Made by a program: the position numbers and the translations under genes | Part shown: positions 25,801 through 39,120 of the stretch, in pieces | Layout of the letters: the number at the start of each line of letters is the position of its first letter | Numbering within the stretch: the stretch's first letter is position 1 | DNA from: Halocafeteria seosinensis | Taxonomy: Eukaryota | NCBI GenBank assembly: GCA_001687465.1 | Contig: LVLI01000101.1 | Span: forward strand, 1-64,000 | Length of the DNA stretch: 64,000 nucleotides | Direction: 5' to 3' | Notes under the pieces: generated by a model | What the model saw: the letters and a program-made list of their open reading frames with translations, nothing else | What the model was told of the DNA's origin: nothing | Databases searched by the model: none

Positions 25801-28026
25801 AGGGAACGCTTGAATAGGACAGAGAAATATAGCTCGGAACTTTACGACAAGAGCAGGACTCATGTTGACAAGGTCAAAGTTTTGCAGAAAAACACGGCGC
25901 ACGTTTCACGGCAGTTACACCAACAGAAATTCATTGCGATGGTATTTAACTCATGGTCTCGCGAAGTGCAACGATCGAGATACTTGCGTAACGTGGAGAG
26001 AGTGTCTTCCATGGATCATCGGCGGATTGACAATCAACTGCTTCGCTCTTTCTTAAAAATTTGGCAATTTAGCACAAAGCTACAGGTCAAGTCTAGAACC
26101 CTTTCACGGAAAGTATTGGGTCTCGTCCGCCATCAAGCATTGAAAAAGCTTCAAGAAGCGCGACTTTCTCAGTTTAAACATAGCGCTTTAGAGATTGCAT
26201 GGAGCAGTTGGAAATATCAGAGTCATGCGGCTAATAGTCACAACCGGTCGAAGGAGGAAATCAACATTCTGCAACAAAAGTGGACACATGAACTGCCGCA
26301 TCTGAGGAAAATCCATGAGAATTTCTTGGCGGCGAACACGTTGGCCAATATATTCAAAGCGGTAGATGAAGCCGTTGCTATTTGCTTCCCCGGAAATTTC
26401 GGTGCGCTTTGGATCGTGGACTCTGAAAGAGGAGAGCTTTGGTCCGTCCAACGCCTCGTTTCAGAACCGGGCACCAATGGTAGACGAGGTAGGCGGTCTT
26501 CACTGCCGTTGAATTCGAATCTGGACAGCGCTGTGGCCAACCAATCCATCGATGGCGCACATCAGCAAACAGCAGCTGGATTGCTACTACCAGGACAATC
26601 TTCGCTGCACAAGGATGTTGCCTTAGGCTCTGAGGAAGACATTTCACGAATCTGGGCCTCTTTTGGTGAATCTATAGTTGGAAGCGTTGCTACCACCAAT
26701 GAAGTCGACACGGGGAAAAATAGGATGTCTGATGTTAGGTACAATCCTGCTGTTGATATTCCAATCAAATTTTCGCTGCGGCAGCAATCAAGAGAGGAGG
26801 AGAAGGATATCTACGCGCTTACTGTTCCCATAGTATCTGCGCGCGACAAATTATCAGGTGTGATTCAGATAGCTGGACTCCGTTATGTCTTGGATATGGA
26901 AGACGTTAATCGAGCGGCATTAATAGGGAACTTTGCAATGGCCTCCTTGTACCGCTTCCGTTATGCCGCCAGTATCCGACAGACAAAGTTAAGAGGTGAA
27001 CGACTACTTCAAAACAGCGAAGAATCTCTAAGTCAAGCAAGGAATACAATATCCAAGTATCACAAGAAACTCCAGGAAAACAGAGCAAAGCGTAAGAGAC
27101 TGGTGGAAGAAATCCAGCAACTACGCCATACGAATGAACAATTGGGCAAAGCGCTCTCCAAATTCCGTGAAAAGGGACAGAGCGTTGTCGAAAAGGCAAA
27201 CAAAGCTCATTCTCAGACAAAAGACTACGCGAGGGAACTGGAATCCTCGTTGAGTAAAGTCAGAGAAGATCGTAACAGGTTAGCCGAGTCCGCAAACCAA
27301 ATTCCTGAGCTGCAAAGCGAGTTAAAAAAGACGCGAAGCTCCTTGGAGCAAAAAGAGAACGAAATTCTGAACTTGTCACAGCAACTAAATGATTTGTCCT
27401 CGGTTACCAATGACCAACATCGAGATTGGCAGAGCAGAACCGAGCGGTCTACGTTTCTTCGCGATGCTATGGAAACAAGTGGGGAAACAAGTATGCAGTT
27501 CATCCGTGCGCTACAACAAGGCGACGAAGGCAGTAGGCTAGAAGCGTCCAATATTGCAACGGAATTAAACGACCCTGGCAATTCTCACTTGTACGGAGGT
27601 GAATCGCGAAATCCTAGTCAAGAGGCTGGGGGTTCTTACAACTCATACGAATTGGATACCTCACAGCGAACTCATAACTTAAGTAAAACTCCGTCTGAGT
27701 CAGTTGAAATTAGTCCCCAAAGAAGTCATGACACATCTGCTGCCAAAGTAGATTCTTCAACCCAAGTTAATTACGGTATTAACCGACCTAGATATTGGAC
27801 CAGACGCCCAAACCTGGATAAAGAGAGGGAGACTGGTGCTCCGCTAGCACCAACCATTCCCAGTCCTCTAGTGCGGGATCATAGATCACGAGCGGAAGGA
27901 GAATGCAAAGCATCTGATGATTCAAATTGGCAAAGATTTGCAGGAGAAGTAGAAAATGTATTAGCTGAGGCTGAAAGTGCCACTAATTTCGCTACTAATC
28001 TATCCAGGAGTTTTCAAGAAGGCTAA
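22884..28026 (+). CDS. Large Sfi1-like (F/L-x-x-W repeat) coiled-coil protein with a GAF-like domain; 4 exons
   Basis: About 18 basic repeats (e.g. RRCFKMWQ, RKRFMAWQ, NRYFDRWK, RRFFKSWA, QRIFSHWR, QEFFSRWH). GAF-like motifs at about 26330-26950: ALWIVDSERGELWS, GESIVGSVATT, DVRYNPAVD, LTVPIVSARDKLSGVIQI. Coiled coils flank both ends. Four ORFs join through GT-AG introns. Confidence 0.72.
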
Positions 28027-28073
28027 AAGAGAACAGGCCCATTAAAGAGTCGACTCCAGACATGTGAGGACGA

Positions 28074-29813
28074 TTAGGCCAGTTTTAAAGGGACGCTTTC
28101 AGAAAACATTGCATTTGTGTCAACTGCTTTGAGATCAGCGCCCTTAAATGGGTGCGAAGGCATTTTGCCATTGGTCGGTCTGGTGTCAATAAGCCCTTTC
28201 TTTACGGACGATAAGACCACGCTGTGTGAGTAAAATGAACAAAGCAGTCTTATATAAATATGACACCGACAACAAAGTCCTCTATACATACTTCTGCTTG
28301 CTTTCTGCTTTGGCGGCAGTTTGCAATTCTTCCAATTGGCGCGAGGTCATCACAACACACGTAGGACGCTGTTTATCGATTGTATCCAAAACTTCCAAAG
28401 CCTGTTACCAATGAATCGGAAATACCGTATGTGAGCCGGATACGGCAATCTTAACAATTACAGCCAACCTACTTCGAATTTGCGGTTGCTCTGGACTATC
28501 TTAGCTCCCTTCTCGAAGGGCCCATATACCCCAGCGGCTATACCAAGTTTTTCCCATGTGGGTGCCGTGGACAATACTCTATCTTCCGTATCCAAAGAAA
28601 CTGCTTCGTTTGCCGCACGGCCAGCCTCCAACAAGTTTTTAAAAGTTAGTGGGTCGCACCGTTCTAGGGCGCTGCTGCGTGTGTAAGGTGTGTGTGTACA
28701 TCCCGGTGAATTGCCCGACAGATTCTGAATGTGACGTACCTAGAGGATCCTGATAAACGGTAAGGTATTAACACGACATCGTCTTCATGGTGGAACTTTC
28801 GGATTTGATCCACTGGATGAGGATCCGGATCATACACGGGAAAACTTCTCCATGTCAGTGTAGCTGAAGATACAGGGTTACAAACGAGTACTGCTCCAGA
28901 GATCTAACCATAGTACAGAAACACCATACCTCGCAAGTTGTCTTCGCCTGTGACGTTGATGAATTGTTTTAAATGCCTATATCTTTTGCTCATTATCCAG
29001 TTGACTTGGCTTTCATGATCCACCGGTGGGAAGATCTCTTGGATTGAGTCTAGCCTGTACTCTTTGCCATACCGTTGGTCAAAAAAGAGTGTTCGGATAT
29101 TCTCATCCAGAAGGACTTGCCTGCACGCTAAAGAAGCACTATCTATCCAAAGTAAGGGCAACTCCGTTCAACCGTGCATACATACTTAATGGCTTCTACA
29201 TGCGCTTCAGGTGGAACAGCTACTTGTACAGCGCCGGCCTGAGGACCCCCAAGGTTGAGTAAATAGTGTTCCGGACCGTTCATACACCAAACGAGAAATT
29301 TATCCCCCTTCTTGAAACCTAAGTCTATAAATCCTGCTCCCACAGCTCGGCTGGCATACTGCAATGCAATCTAAGAGCGGTATCATGGGCACCTCTTGTC
29401 AACAGCATCCGGGGAAATTAACATACGGCAAGGAAACCAAACGTCCAATCATGCTTTACAGGTGTATAGACGGATGCGTATCCATCCTTGTGAGGGTTCA
29501 CCTCAGACTGCTGCGTGACTAAATCCGTCATTGTAAGACTTGGGGGAGCTATGGGAGACTCTTGTAGCTTGTCCCACATGGCTGCAGGTGCCGAACCCAG
29601 TCATATTCTCGATTGTAGCACAGCCTAGAGCTCCATACAGCACGTACCTAGTTCTTTGGGGCGATCTTTCATCTTTCTACGGTCGGGGAACCACTGTGGG
29701 AGTTCGTATCGTTGCATTTTCATCTCATTCATGCCCGAGGAAAAGCTTGACATGCATCGAGAGGAGGCTCCCAGAGCCCTCCTCATCACAGTTCGATTCG
29801 TCAGACTTTGCAT
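28074..29813 (-). CDS. Truncated AMP-binding (acyl-CoA synthetase/ACSF2-like) protein with mitochondrial presequence; about 8 exons
   Basis: Presequence MQSLTNRTVMRRALGASSRCMSS. ANL N-domain-like segments: WTFGFL..AVGAGFIDLGFKKGDKFLVWCMNGPEH, LTFKNLL, VLDTIDKQRPT and LSSVKKGLI. Stop at 28074, soon after the last of these. Confidence 0.62.
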
Positions 29814-30410
29814 TATGGTTACTTTCTCCCTTTATCACTCTGTCAAATCGAAAAAATTATGCTACAGCCCAATAGCTGAGCCTATATATCAATCAACACG
29901 GTATAGAGTAACTACAATGGCGCAGAGGGCAGCGTTTAGCAGCCTAATCATTCCGATGGCAGTATTGTTGATTTTTCTCAGCATCGATCAACGGTGGAAC
30001 AATACCAAATATATTTTAGATTTCCCGTGTTTTTAATCGTGTATTGAGGTATGTGTGCATAGATAACGAATGGAAAGCCTGCTGATATCTTGTGAGAGGA
30101 GGCCTTTTAAAAGGCCTATACAGAGCTTCTCCCGCGATATCTGCCCAAGTGGTCTGTGGGAACTTGTCCATTGTTGGGGTTTCCAAGTGTGTATGAGATA
30201 CCGAGTGTATGCACTGAGACATGAAGGGAGGGGAAGGGGTGTTGTGGTTTGACCGCGGAGCCTGAGAAAAGGGCTGCCCTGTAGGGGGGCTCAAAGGGAC
30301 CAAAAAATATGAGGGACTTGGCCATGTTCTGATGGATTATATACACTCCTTTTTTCTATGGACTCGACTTGTCGCAGGCGATTTATATATATTGTTAAGA
30401 GGATTCAACG

Positions 30411-30944
30411 ATGGCACTCTTAGGATCAATGTTTACACGAGGGGCTCTACGTCGCCCAATGACCCTTGCTCGAATGGGAGGAACCACAGGTCCCGTTAGA
30501 TGCATGGCTGAAGAAGCATCAGCCACTACAGAGGAATTGCGCGTTAACTTGGCCGTTCCACATACATCTCTCGTGGCGAATGCCGAAGTGAAGAGAGTTA
30601 CTTTACCAGGACGTGGTGGAGCCTACGGCTTGGAGAAGAACTCACCTGCCATGGTTTCGGAATTACGGCCCGGTCTTGTGCAGATTGATTACCCGGAAGG
30701 AAACTCGGATAAATATTTCATTCCCGGGGGATTTTGCTTCATGCATAAAGACAATAAAGTAGACGTTACTGTTCCGGAGGGAGTACGACTAGAAGATATT
30801 GATACAGAGCGTGTAAGGGAGCTAAACCAGCAAGCTGTATCGAAGCGTGATTCAGCCCAAGCTGGTTCGAAAGAAGCTGCCGAAGCAATTATAGAAATTG
30901 AAGTCTACAAATCTCTGGCTCACAATCTAGGAATGAGTCTCTAA
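30411..30944 (+). CDS. ATP5F1D: Mitochondrial F1 ATP synthase delta subunit (intronless)
   Basis: Arg-rich presequence, then LRVNLAVPH..VKRVTLPGRGGAYG..SPAMVSELRPGLV..KYFIPGGF, and C-terminal AEAIIEIEVYKSL. Confidence 0.88.
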   Translation: MALLGSMFTRGALRRPMTLARMGGTTGPVRCMAEEASATTEELRVNLAVPHTSLVANAEVKRVTLPGRGGAYGLEKNSPAMVSELRPGLVQIDYPEGNSDKYFIPGGFCFMHKDNKVDVTVPEGVRLEDIDTERVRELNQQAVSKRDSAQAGSKEAAEAIIEIEVYKSLAHNLGMSL

Positions 30945-31058
30945 GCATATTGTGTTTGATCATCATTGTGCCAGCTGGGTTAGAACATATCCAATGCGAT
31001 CAGTATTTCTTATATACTAGAGCCAACGCAAGCCGTCTACACATTATTCCGCTGCTGG

Positions 31059-32097
<1,039 letters not shown>

Positions 32098-32590
32098 TAC
32101 TGTGTACACGTGGTGCGTGAACTCGATATGTTATTACAACCAGTGAGTGATACGAACTTGTACTGTATTGGTTGATTGACAATATTTATCAACCCTGTTC
32201 ATGAGAACTGATCTACGCTATTTCCAGAGGAAGTATCTAAGACTTCAATCTGAATACGTGTAGCAACGCGAATCGATGAGGTCAAGATTTGCCCCGATCA
32301 GATTAAATGGTCGAAGAAGAAGAATAAAGTGAAAGATTGGTTGCTGGTAGGTATGAGATTGCTACTGAACCAATGAGAAAACTTTGAGGCTCGGAAAGAC
32401 GGCAATGAACGGTGATAACATACCCCACACAGTTAGTTCCTATAGAAAGGGAGATAGAATGTGCCACGCATTAAAAGCGTGCTCCCTTTCGACACAACCA
32501 CGTAAATCTGAAACCTCTTCATCATAATCGAGATGGTTTCGTGGTCGAACTTGTCAAGTCCTCGGATGGAGGTTTCCCACGCCCGCCAAC

Positions 32591-34890
32591 TCACGGCAGG
32601 TCATAGTCAACTTCTCTTTCATCCTCTCCGTAAACGCAATCGCATATGCCATCCTCTACTTTAGAGCTAGGGATGATAAAATTGCGCGGATCGAACCCTC
32701 CGGTCGTCTTGTACGCCTGTGGAAGTGGTTCGTCGAAGGGCTCGCACAGTGGGTTATCTGATGGTGCGCCCAAAGCGTCTTGGATTGAAGAAACCGATCG
32801 AGAATATTTCTCTTTCGATACGCCTCCTTTACACCAGAAGTGATGACCCAGTACAAATTTGCTTTTCATTCTCAGCGATTTTGGAATGCTGTTTTGAGAA
32901 CACGCACTAGTACTCGGCTCATCAGCTCCAGTAGAAGGACAATCGCAAAAGCCATCGTTCAACTTATCGCAAGCAATAGCCCTTGAACCATCGCAGTTGT
33001 ACCACTCTACGGTACCGGCTTCACACCCTTCCAAGTTCTGTAAATTGGACAATTGGATTTCATCCTGTCGCCATTGCTGAAGGAAATCGGCAGGAGGTAA
33101 GCCCACCAGCAGACTTGCAACATCTAGTCCCCAATCCTTTCCACCGGATTGCTTACGCTCCTTTATGGAGGGACCCCGAGATGTCAAGTTCGCCATTTTC
33201 ATTCCCAAAGCTCGCGAGTGCAGATGCGCAGAGAGGTTTGGAACATTAATCGAAGGACCCACAGATTGTTGTCCTGCTTCCTTACGAGGGCCGAATCGTG
33301 TTGTAACGTTAAACATCAGTGGCTGAGAAAGGGACTGTATCAGCGGTTGACCAATCTTATCCGGAACTGACTGTAAGTACCATTTGCACCAAAGGCAATC
33401 CAACTGCTTGCTGTTCGTTCTTGAAGATGAAACCTTCACAAATACGGGATAATCCGGAAAATATTTCCTCTGTCTAAGCCCGTGAAGGACTGACCTCATG
33501 GCGGAAGTAGCACCTTCCAACGTGGATCGTTCCTGTGAACCTAATATGGTGGAGAGCCGTTCTTGAAGCCTCTGCTGGAAGAGCGGGAAGATCAGACCAT
33601 GTCCCTCCACATTGCATATCAAACCCTCCGGTGTCAAGTGAGAACGAATTAAACTGGCCAGTGTATTAGCTGCAGACTGCGAGAACTCCTGTGATAAAAT
33701 GAGCATCATACCAGCATCACATCCACTTAAGTAGTTCTTCGCAGTCGGCAAAATTTTTTCGACACTTTTTGGGAAAACCTTACGGAACCTCGCTCCGCAA
33801 GTACTAAAGTCATCCGCATCGGTGCAGTCGTTTACCACAGTATGTATCAAGGAGTCAAGTACACTCGTGTAGTCGGACTTCATGTCCATGTTCGCATAAC
33901 GTTCGCATCCATTGTTGAGCCATGAGTAGAACACCGTTGAAAGGAATACGTTTTCTTCTTCTTCCTCCTCTTCCTCATATTCGCCTGAGGATTTCTTTTT
34001 CTCCTCAAAAGAATTCAGCACATCGTTTATAAAGATGTACATCGCCAGATTTAAACAAGATTCGCGCTTCTGTCCACGAGGTATAATGTGCTCCTGGAGC
34101 ATTTGGATTTCCCCCATTCCGGTGTGCTCCAAAAAATGATATGTTGCCCGAAACCTATCTAGTTTGTCCTGCTCTACCCTTTCTTGTTTTCCCCGAAAGC
34201 TTTGCCTTACCTGCAAAAACAAAATCCATCGATTGTCGAGTCACATTCGTTCCGTAAAATTGACTCAGCGTAACAAATCGCGCTTACCCATTTCGCGGAC
34301 GCGAATGAGTACGAAAGCATTCGAAATTCCGGTTCCAGAGCAGCTAAAACATTTTGCCTCTTCTTCAATCCCTTATGTCTTTTCATCTCCGTCGTGAAAT
34401 CATACAAAAGCTCGATCCCTTCGCTGAAACCTGCTTCGATCGCTCGAATATACTTTGGATCCTGGGTGATAGCCGTAGCTGCTAGTAGTTCCATCAAAGT
34501 TGCAGGTCGAAAGAGGGACTTCCATGAGCGATACCAGCCTATCTCTACGTCTTCTTCCAACTCGGAGTCAAACAAAAAATACCGATGTTCAAAGTTGTTC
34601 CCTCCAAGATTTGTGTGCAGCACTTGCGCCTCAATCACGTTTTCGACGTGGGTGGTGAATGCATTGCCGTAGATTGTCCATCCACTTGTGTGCGTGTACA
34701 AAAAGGTAACCAAGATTCCAAGAAATGACGCGATAATCAAAATGGGGAATACTCGCCATTTGAGGAGGCCAGCCAGAGAGGCTGGAGCAGACGATTTGGT
34801 CGATGATGAGCTAGAATTCTGCTGTGAAGGTTGCCACCACGGACTTCGGCCGCTGTTTGCGTTGTTCACATTACCACCTGGGAGCACCAT
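32591..34890 (-). CDS. Type II membrane protein with C-terminal PRKCSH-like/LDLa cysteine-rich domain; 2 exons
   Basis: TM segment VFPILIIASFLGILVTFLY. The C-terminus CDGSRAIACDKLNDGFCDCPSTGADEPSTSACS...FWC...IIPSSKVEDGICDCVYGEDE resembles the N-domain of glucosidase II beta. Confidence 0.65.
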
Positions 34891-35365
34891 TTTCGCTCAC
34901 GAGCGTGTACATGATGAAAAAGGGGGGTACCACATGGAGAGACATATTCACTGCAGTCCAACACAAACTCAATACTTGCTCTAACTTTTTTCGTGACAGG
35001 TAGAAGCAAAGATTGCTTGGTACATGAGACATTGCTCGTTTGTTTTCAAAGGGTGGTAATTCGACACAAGGGAGGAAGGAACATTCTAACAGAATGGTTT
35101 GTACATATTGGGTACTATTCGTGCTTTGATGAAAATAACTAACGAAACGAATGCGAGACGTCGATGTTGAGAGGTTGTTTCTTTGATTCATACAACGCAT
35201 ACGGGACACAGTGGCGTCATTTCCCAAATTTTATTTAATATGCTGTTCGCTAGGGAGTTTTGTGCTATCGTAGAGTATAGAAATTAAACAAGCGATAGTC
35301 AACTGCTGGCATTGAGGTACTGAGATACCAAACTTGGCTTGTTGGTGGCCGTTGGGTGTTGAACA

Positions 35366-37005
35366 ATGGAAGCGGGGGATACAATATCTCAGCTCGATGA
35401 CTTCGAGAAGCGTATGAAAGAGCTACAAAAGTGTGAAAGTATTAATAAAGATCAGGGGTTTCTTGATGAGCTACCGGATGCCTACGATATGTCATCTTCG
35501 AGAAGCAGCAGCGAGACTAGCATTGAGGAGTTAGACGATGGAAGCCATTTGTCTCAGGGCTCCTCAAGAAGAGTAGACAGTCCTGGAGTTCCAGAAGGGT
35601 TTAACACTATGGAAGACGATGAAGACGAAGAAGAACCTTTCGATGCCAGTGCTAGGGAGGAGGCGAAACAAGTAGAAATAGATACTCTGCAACAACGCAT
35701 CGAAGAACTTCAAGCTCAGCTTCAGGAAAACGAGAAAAAGTTGTTGGAGGGGCCTTCGGAATCTACGGAGACACCTTCTTTTGGCTGGCCCAGCACCCTC
35801 TCAAGCCCTCTGGAAACGCATCATAGCAAGTCTCATGTAGTCGGATTTGCAGATGAACCACGACGTGCTCAAACTGCAGCAACGTCTGGACTCAGGAGCG
35901 AAGGTCCGGCGAAGAATCGATTGAATTGCACTGATAAAGAACGCGGAATCAACGCATCGCCGGAACGACCAAGAACGAGGCAAAATACAAAGACCTTCAC
36001 GTCAAACGACGTCATCATTGCAAAAATCAAAGCCAATCTAAAAACGCTCGAGCCTGGCAGAAGGCCTGTGGTGCTCGTGTCCACGGGAGCGTACAATCCA
36101 ATCCATCTCCAGCACCTTAGGATGTTCTATCAAGCACGGGATGTGAGTGATCCCGTTACCAACATCTGTTAGTAAATTAGCCATATTTGACTTCTCCTAT
36201 CACGCAGTACCTAATGTCAAAGAAAGACTATGAGGTTGTGGGGGGCATAATTTCCCCTGCACATGACCACGCGGTGCGTCATATGCTACGTAGTCTCCCA
36301 GCTCAAATCATCCCGGGTAAACATCGGCTAGCTATGGCAGAAATAGCCGTAGAGGGATCTTCATGGCTGTCCGTAGACAGGTGGGAGGTGAGCCGCAGGA
36401 GCTCTCTAGAGTATCCCAGTGTACTTAGCCATGTCGAAATTGTAAGTCTGCAACCCCGGACGTACCAATCACATATCAATCTCCCAATATGTGCTAATCC
36501 GCAGCTCCTAGAGAAAGTCTTCGGAAAAGCAAAATCACCTGCTGTCATGTACCTTTGTGGGGCAGACCATCTGGTGAGGTGTGGCCCTCAAACACTGCAA
36601 CACTTTGGATGCGTGTGTTTCAGGTAAGGCAACCTATGCTTGTGTGGGAACTGTTCATGTCTTAGCCCGTGGCATCCTCGCTACAGCCGTCCAGGTTTCA
36701 CAGAAGAGCTCGACAAGGTGATTGGTAAACGATACGAAAAATTAGTACACGTAGTTGATGATGACACCATTGTACCGAACCTCATAGCCAATCTATCTAG
36801 CACGAAGGTGAGGCGCCGTCTGATATCCGGGAAAACTGTAGCCACATTAATAGGAGACCAAGTAACAAAGTACCTGGAACATCACAATATCGGAGAGAAA
36901 GTGGCAAGACGTGTCCCTTGGAGTCAAGAAGATGTGGAAAAAGTGGTTTACCTTTCTCCAGCGTACAAAAAAGTTGGGAAGACCTTCGAAAGACTGGCCA
37001 AGTAG
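35366..37005 (+). CDS. NMNAT: Nicotinamide/nicotinate mononucleotide adenylyltransferase-like with long acidic N-terminus; about 4 exons
   Basis: VLVSTGAYNPIHLQHLRMF (HxxH), VVGGIISP, HRLAMAEIA..SSWLSVDRWE, YLCGADH and SSTKVR. Confidence 0.82.
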
Positions 37006-37012
37006 CCATCTG

Positions 37013-38828
37013 CTAGCTATAGTCGCTCCAAGAAGGCAGCGATGGGCCTCCGTGCTTTAGAACATGCTGGACTTGATACTCCTTACTTTGCATTTCTTGA
37101 AGCCGCGATGCGGCCCGATGGAACGCAAAGCCGGTATCCTTCATTCCACTAAGTTCCCCTGCGCTTACGAGCATCTGCTCACTGTTTGAGCTCTTATTCC
37201 CCTCGGAGACAGCAACGCGTAAACTGTCCGCGTATTCACTAGTACCACTTGCGTGAAGGTCATTATCTCGCTTTTCAACCAACTTGACCCCGCCGCTGGA
37301 CGTAAGCACCTCTCTCAGGCCTTGATTATTTCGAACGCTTTTATCTTTCTGCGGCTAAACGTCGATGGACCTACGAGAACACCTGAAGAAGAGTAAATAG
37401 AGAGAAGTACATACCTGGATGTACTCAATTTGCAAGTCCACAAACAGCTTCTCCAGGGGTGAACCAGAAGTTAGAATCACACGTGTTCCAAATTCATACG
37501 CTGTGTCTATAAAGGTAATGAACCTTCGAGCTTCATTGTGCTGTGATATGTCCAGTTGTGGGACGTTTTCTAAAATAATGGTTTGGTATGCTTCCGTTAA
37601 GGCCAGATAGTCAGCAGCTCCTATAGAGCGACAGCACAATTCTTCAAACGTAAACCATGCAACACCATACTCTCTTCCATTGGGGAGTGTGCGACGTCCC
37701 TGCCATTGCACGTCGAAATGCCGCCCAAATGCTACCCGAATCGTCTCTGGAAAGGCTTCACTACTGCCAGTACACACGCTGAACACTTCCTGTAAATACC
37801 GCCGCACGAGGTCATCATCAGAGCTGACAGAGAAAAACATAATCCCTGGCAGCGTTTCGGTGTTCATCCGATAATCAAAGCTATTGTACTCTTTCTCAGG
37901 ACCTACGAGGTCGTCCACGTTTAAAACGCGCATTTGAGTCTTGAGCAAAGAAATAAAGGGTAAAAATAATTCTCGATTGAGTCCTTGCTCGTAGAGATCA
38001 TCAGGGCAGCGGTTGCTGGTGCAGATAACGGTGACTCCTCGGCTCCAAAGTTCAGAGAATAAGCTTCTGAGGATCATAGCATCTGTGTTGTCCCGAAGAA
38101 AGCACTTCACGCAACAGCTTACACTATATTATTCACGTTAGTACTGTGGACGTACCCGCTACGTCTGTGACTTGAAATTCGTCAAAAGCAAGCAGGCTGC
38201 TTTCTTTACTAATTTCCTCAGCAACCATACCCAATGGATTCCATTTCTTCTTCCCCGCTACAGCAGCAGTTCCGCCGAAAGACCGACGAAGACTGTGGTA
38301 ACTTTGTTCTGGATTAACTACCTGGAACATTGGTTCTGTTGTCCTTAAGCGGTGAAGCCGAGCGTGGATATCAAGCATAAATGAATGAAAATGACTTCTA
38401 CGGATGTATTCCTGAGGGATGGCGCACGTGTTTCGTATCGCAATGTCCATGCACATTGTTTTCCCGATTCCAACCCCTCCATATACGTAGACCCCTTGGT
38501 CGGATATTCGTTGTAACTTAGGAGCCATTCTTCGAAGACTAAATTCCATCCGTGACCTCAAGACGGGACTGAAGCTCCTCCTCTGTTTCGCTCCAGCACT
38601 TTGGCATACTCTATGCAACTGTTTCAATAATTCCACTTGACGTTCGTCATACTGCAAGTAGCCTTCCTCTATGAGCTCATTGTATCGTCGAAGCGCTGGT
38701 ATCTCGGTGGACTGGAAGCGCTCGGGCCCACCATTCTTTCTCTTCTGAAAACCACAAAGTAGAGATGAGCACCTCCATTGTGGCATGCTGAGCCGGCCAA
38801 ATTTTAGTAATGAGGGACTCATCCTCAT
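37013..38828 (-). CDS. AFG1L: AFG1/ZapE-like mitochondrial ATPase; 3 exons
   Basis: GVYVYGGVGIGKT (Walker A), HFHSFMLDIH, LAFDEFQVTDVADAMIL (Walker B), TSNR.PDDLY, GAADYL, NEARRFITFID and FAFHRAASRL.EM. Confidence 0.93.
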
Positions 38829-39120
38829 TTTATGTCCTTTATACAGATATAACAACTTGGTCTTCACAAGCAGTGTCCAATTATATTATACCATAGATCC
38901 CTTCTGTTTGTCCTCTAGAACAACGTATGAACAAGGGGATATCTACAATAATCAACGATGATCGACTCTATCGACCGTAACTAGTCTCTCCTATGTCATG
39001 CATTCTCATTTACAATTTGTAAAGCTGTGAAGTTCACAAACATATCATCAGCTGCATCCTCGGTTTGGTAGTCCAGATACGAGAGTAGCAGGGAGAATCA
39101 GCAGGTCACATCTATACACT

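Noticed and set aside
30050..30340. Palindrome AGGCCTTTTAAAAGGCCT, CTGAGA and an Sm-like ATTTTTTGG (minus strand) in the divergent promoter
   Set aside because: The remaining TPP riboswitch, snRNA or RNase MRP core motifs could not be found. Most likely promoter sequence.
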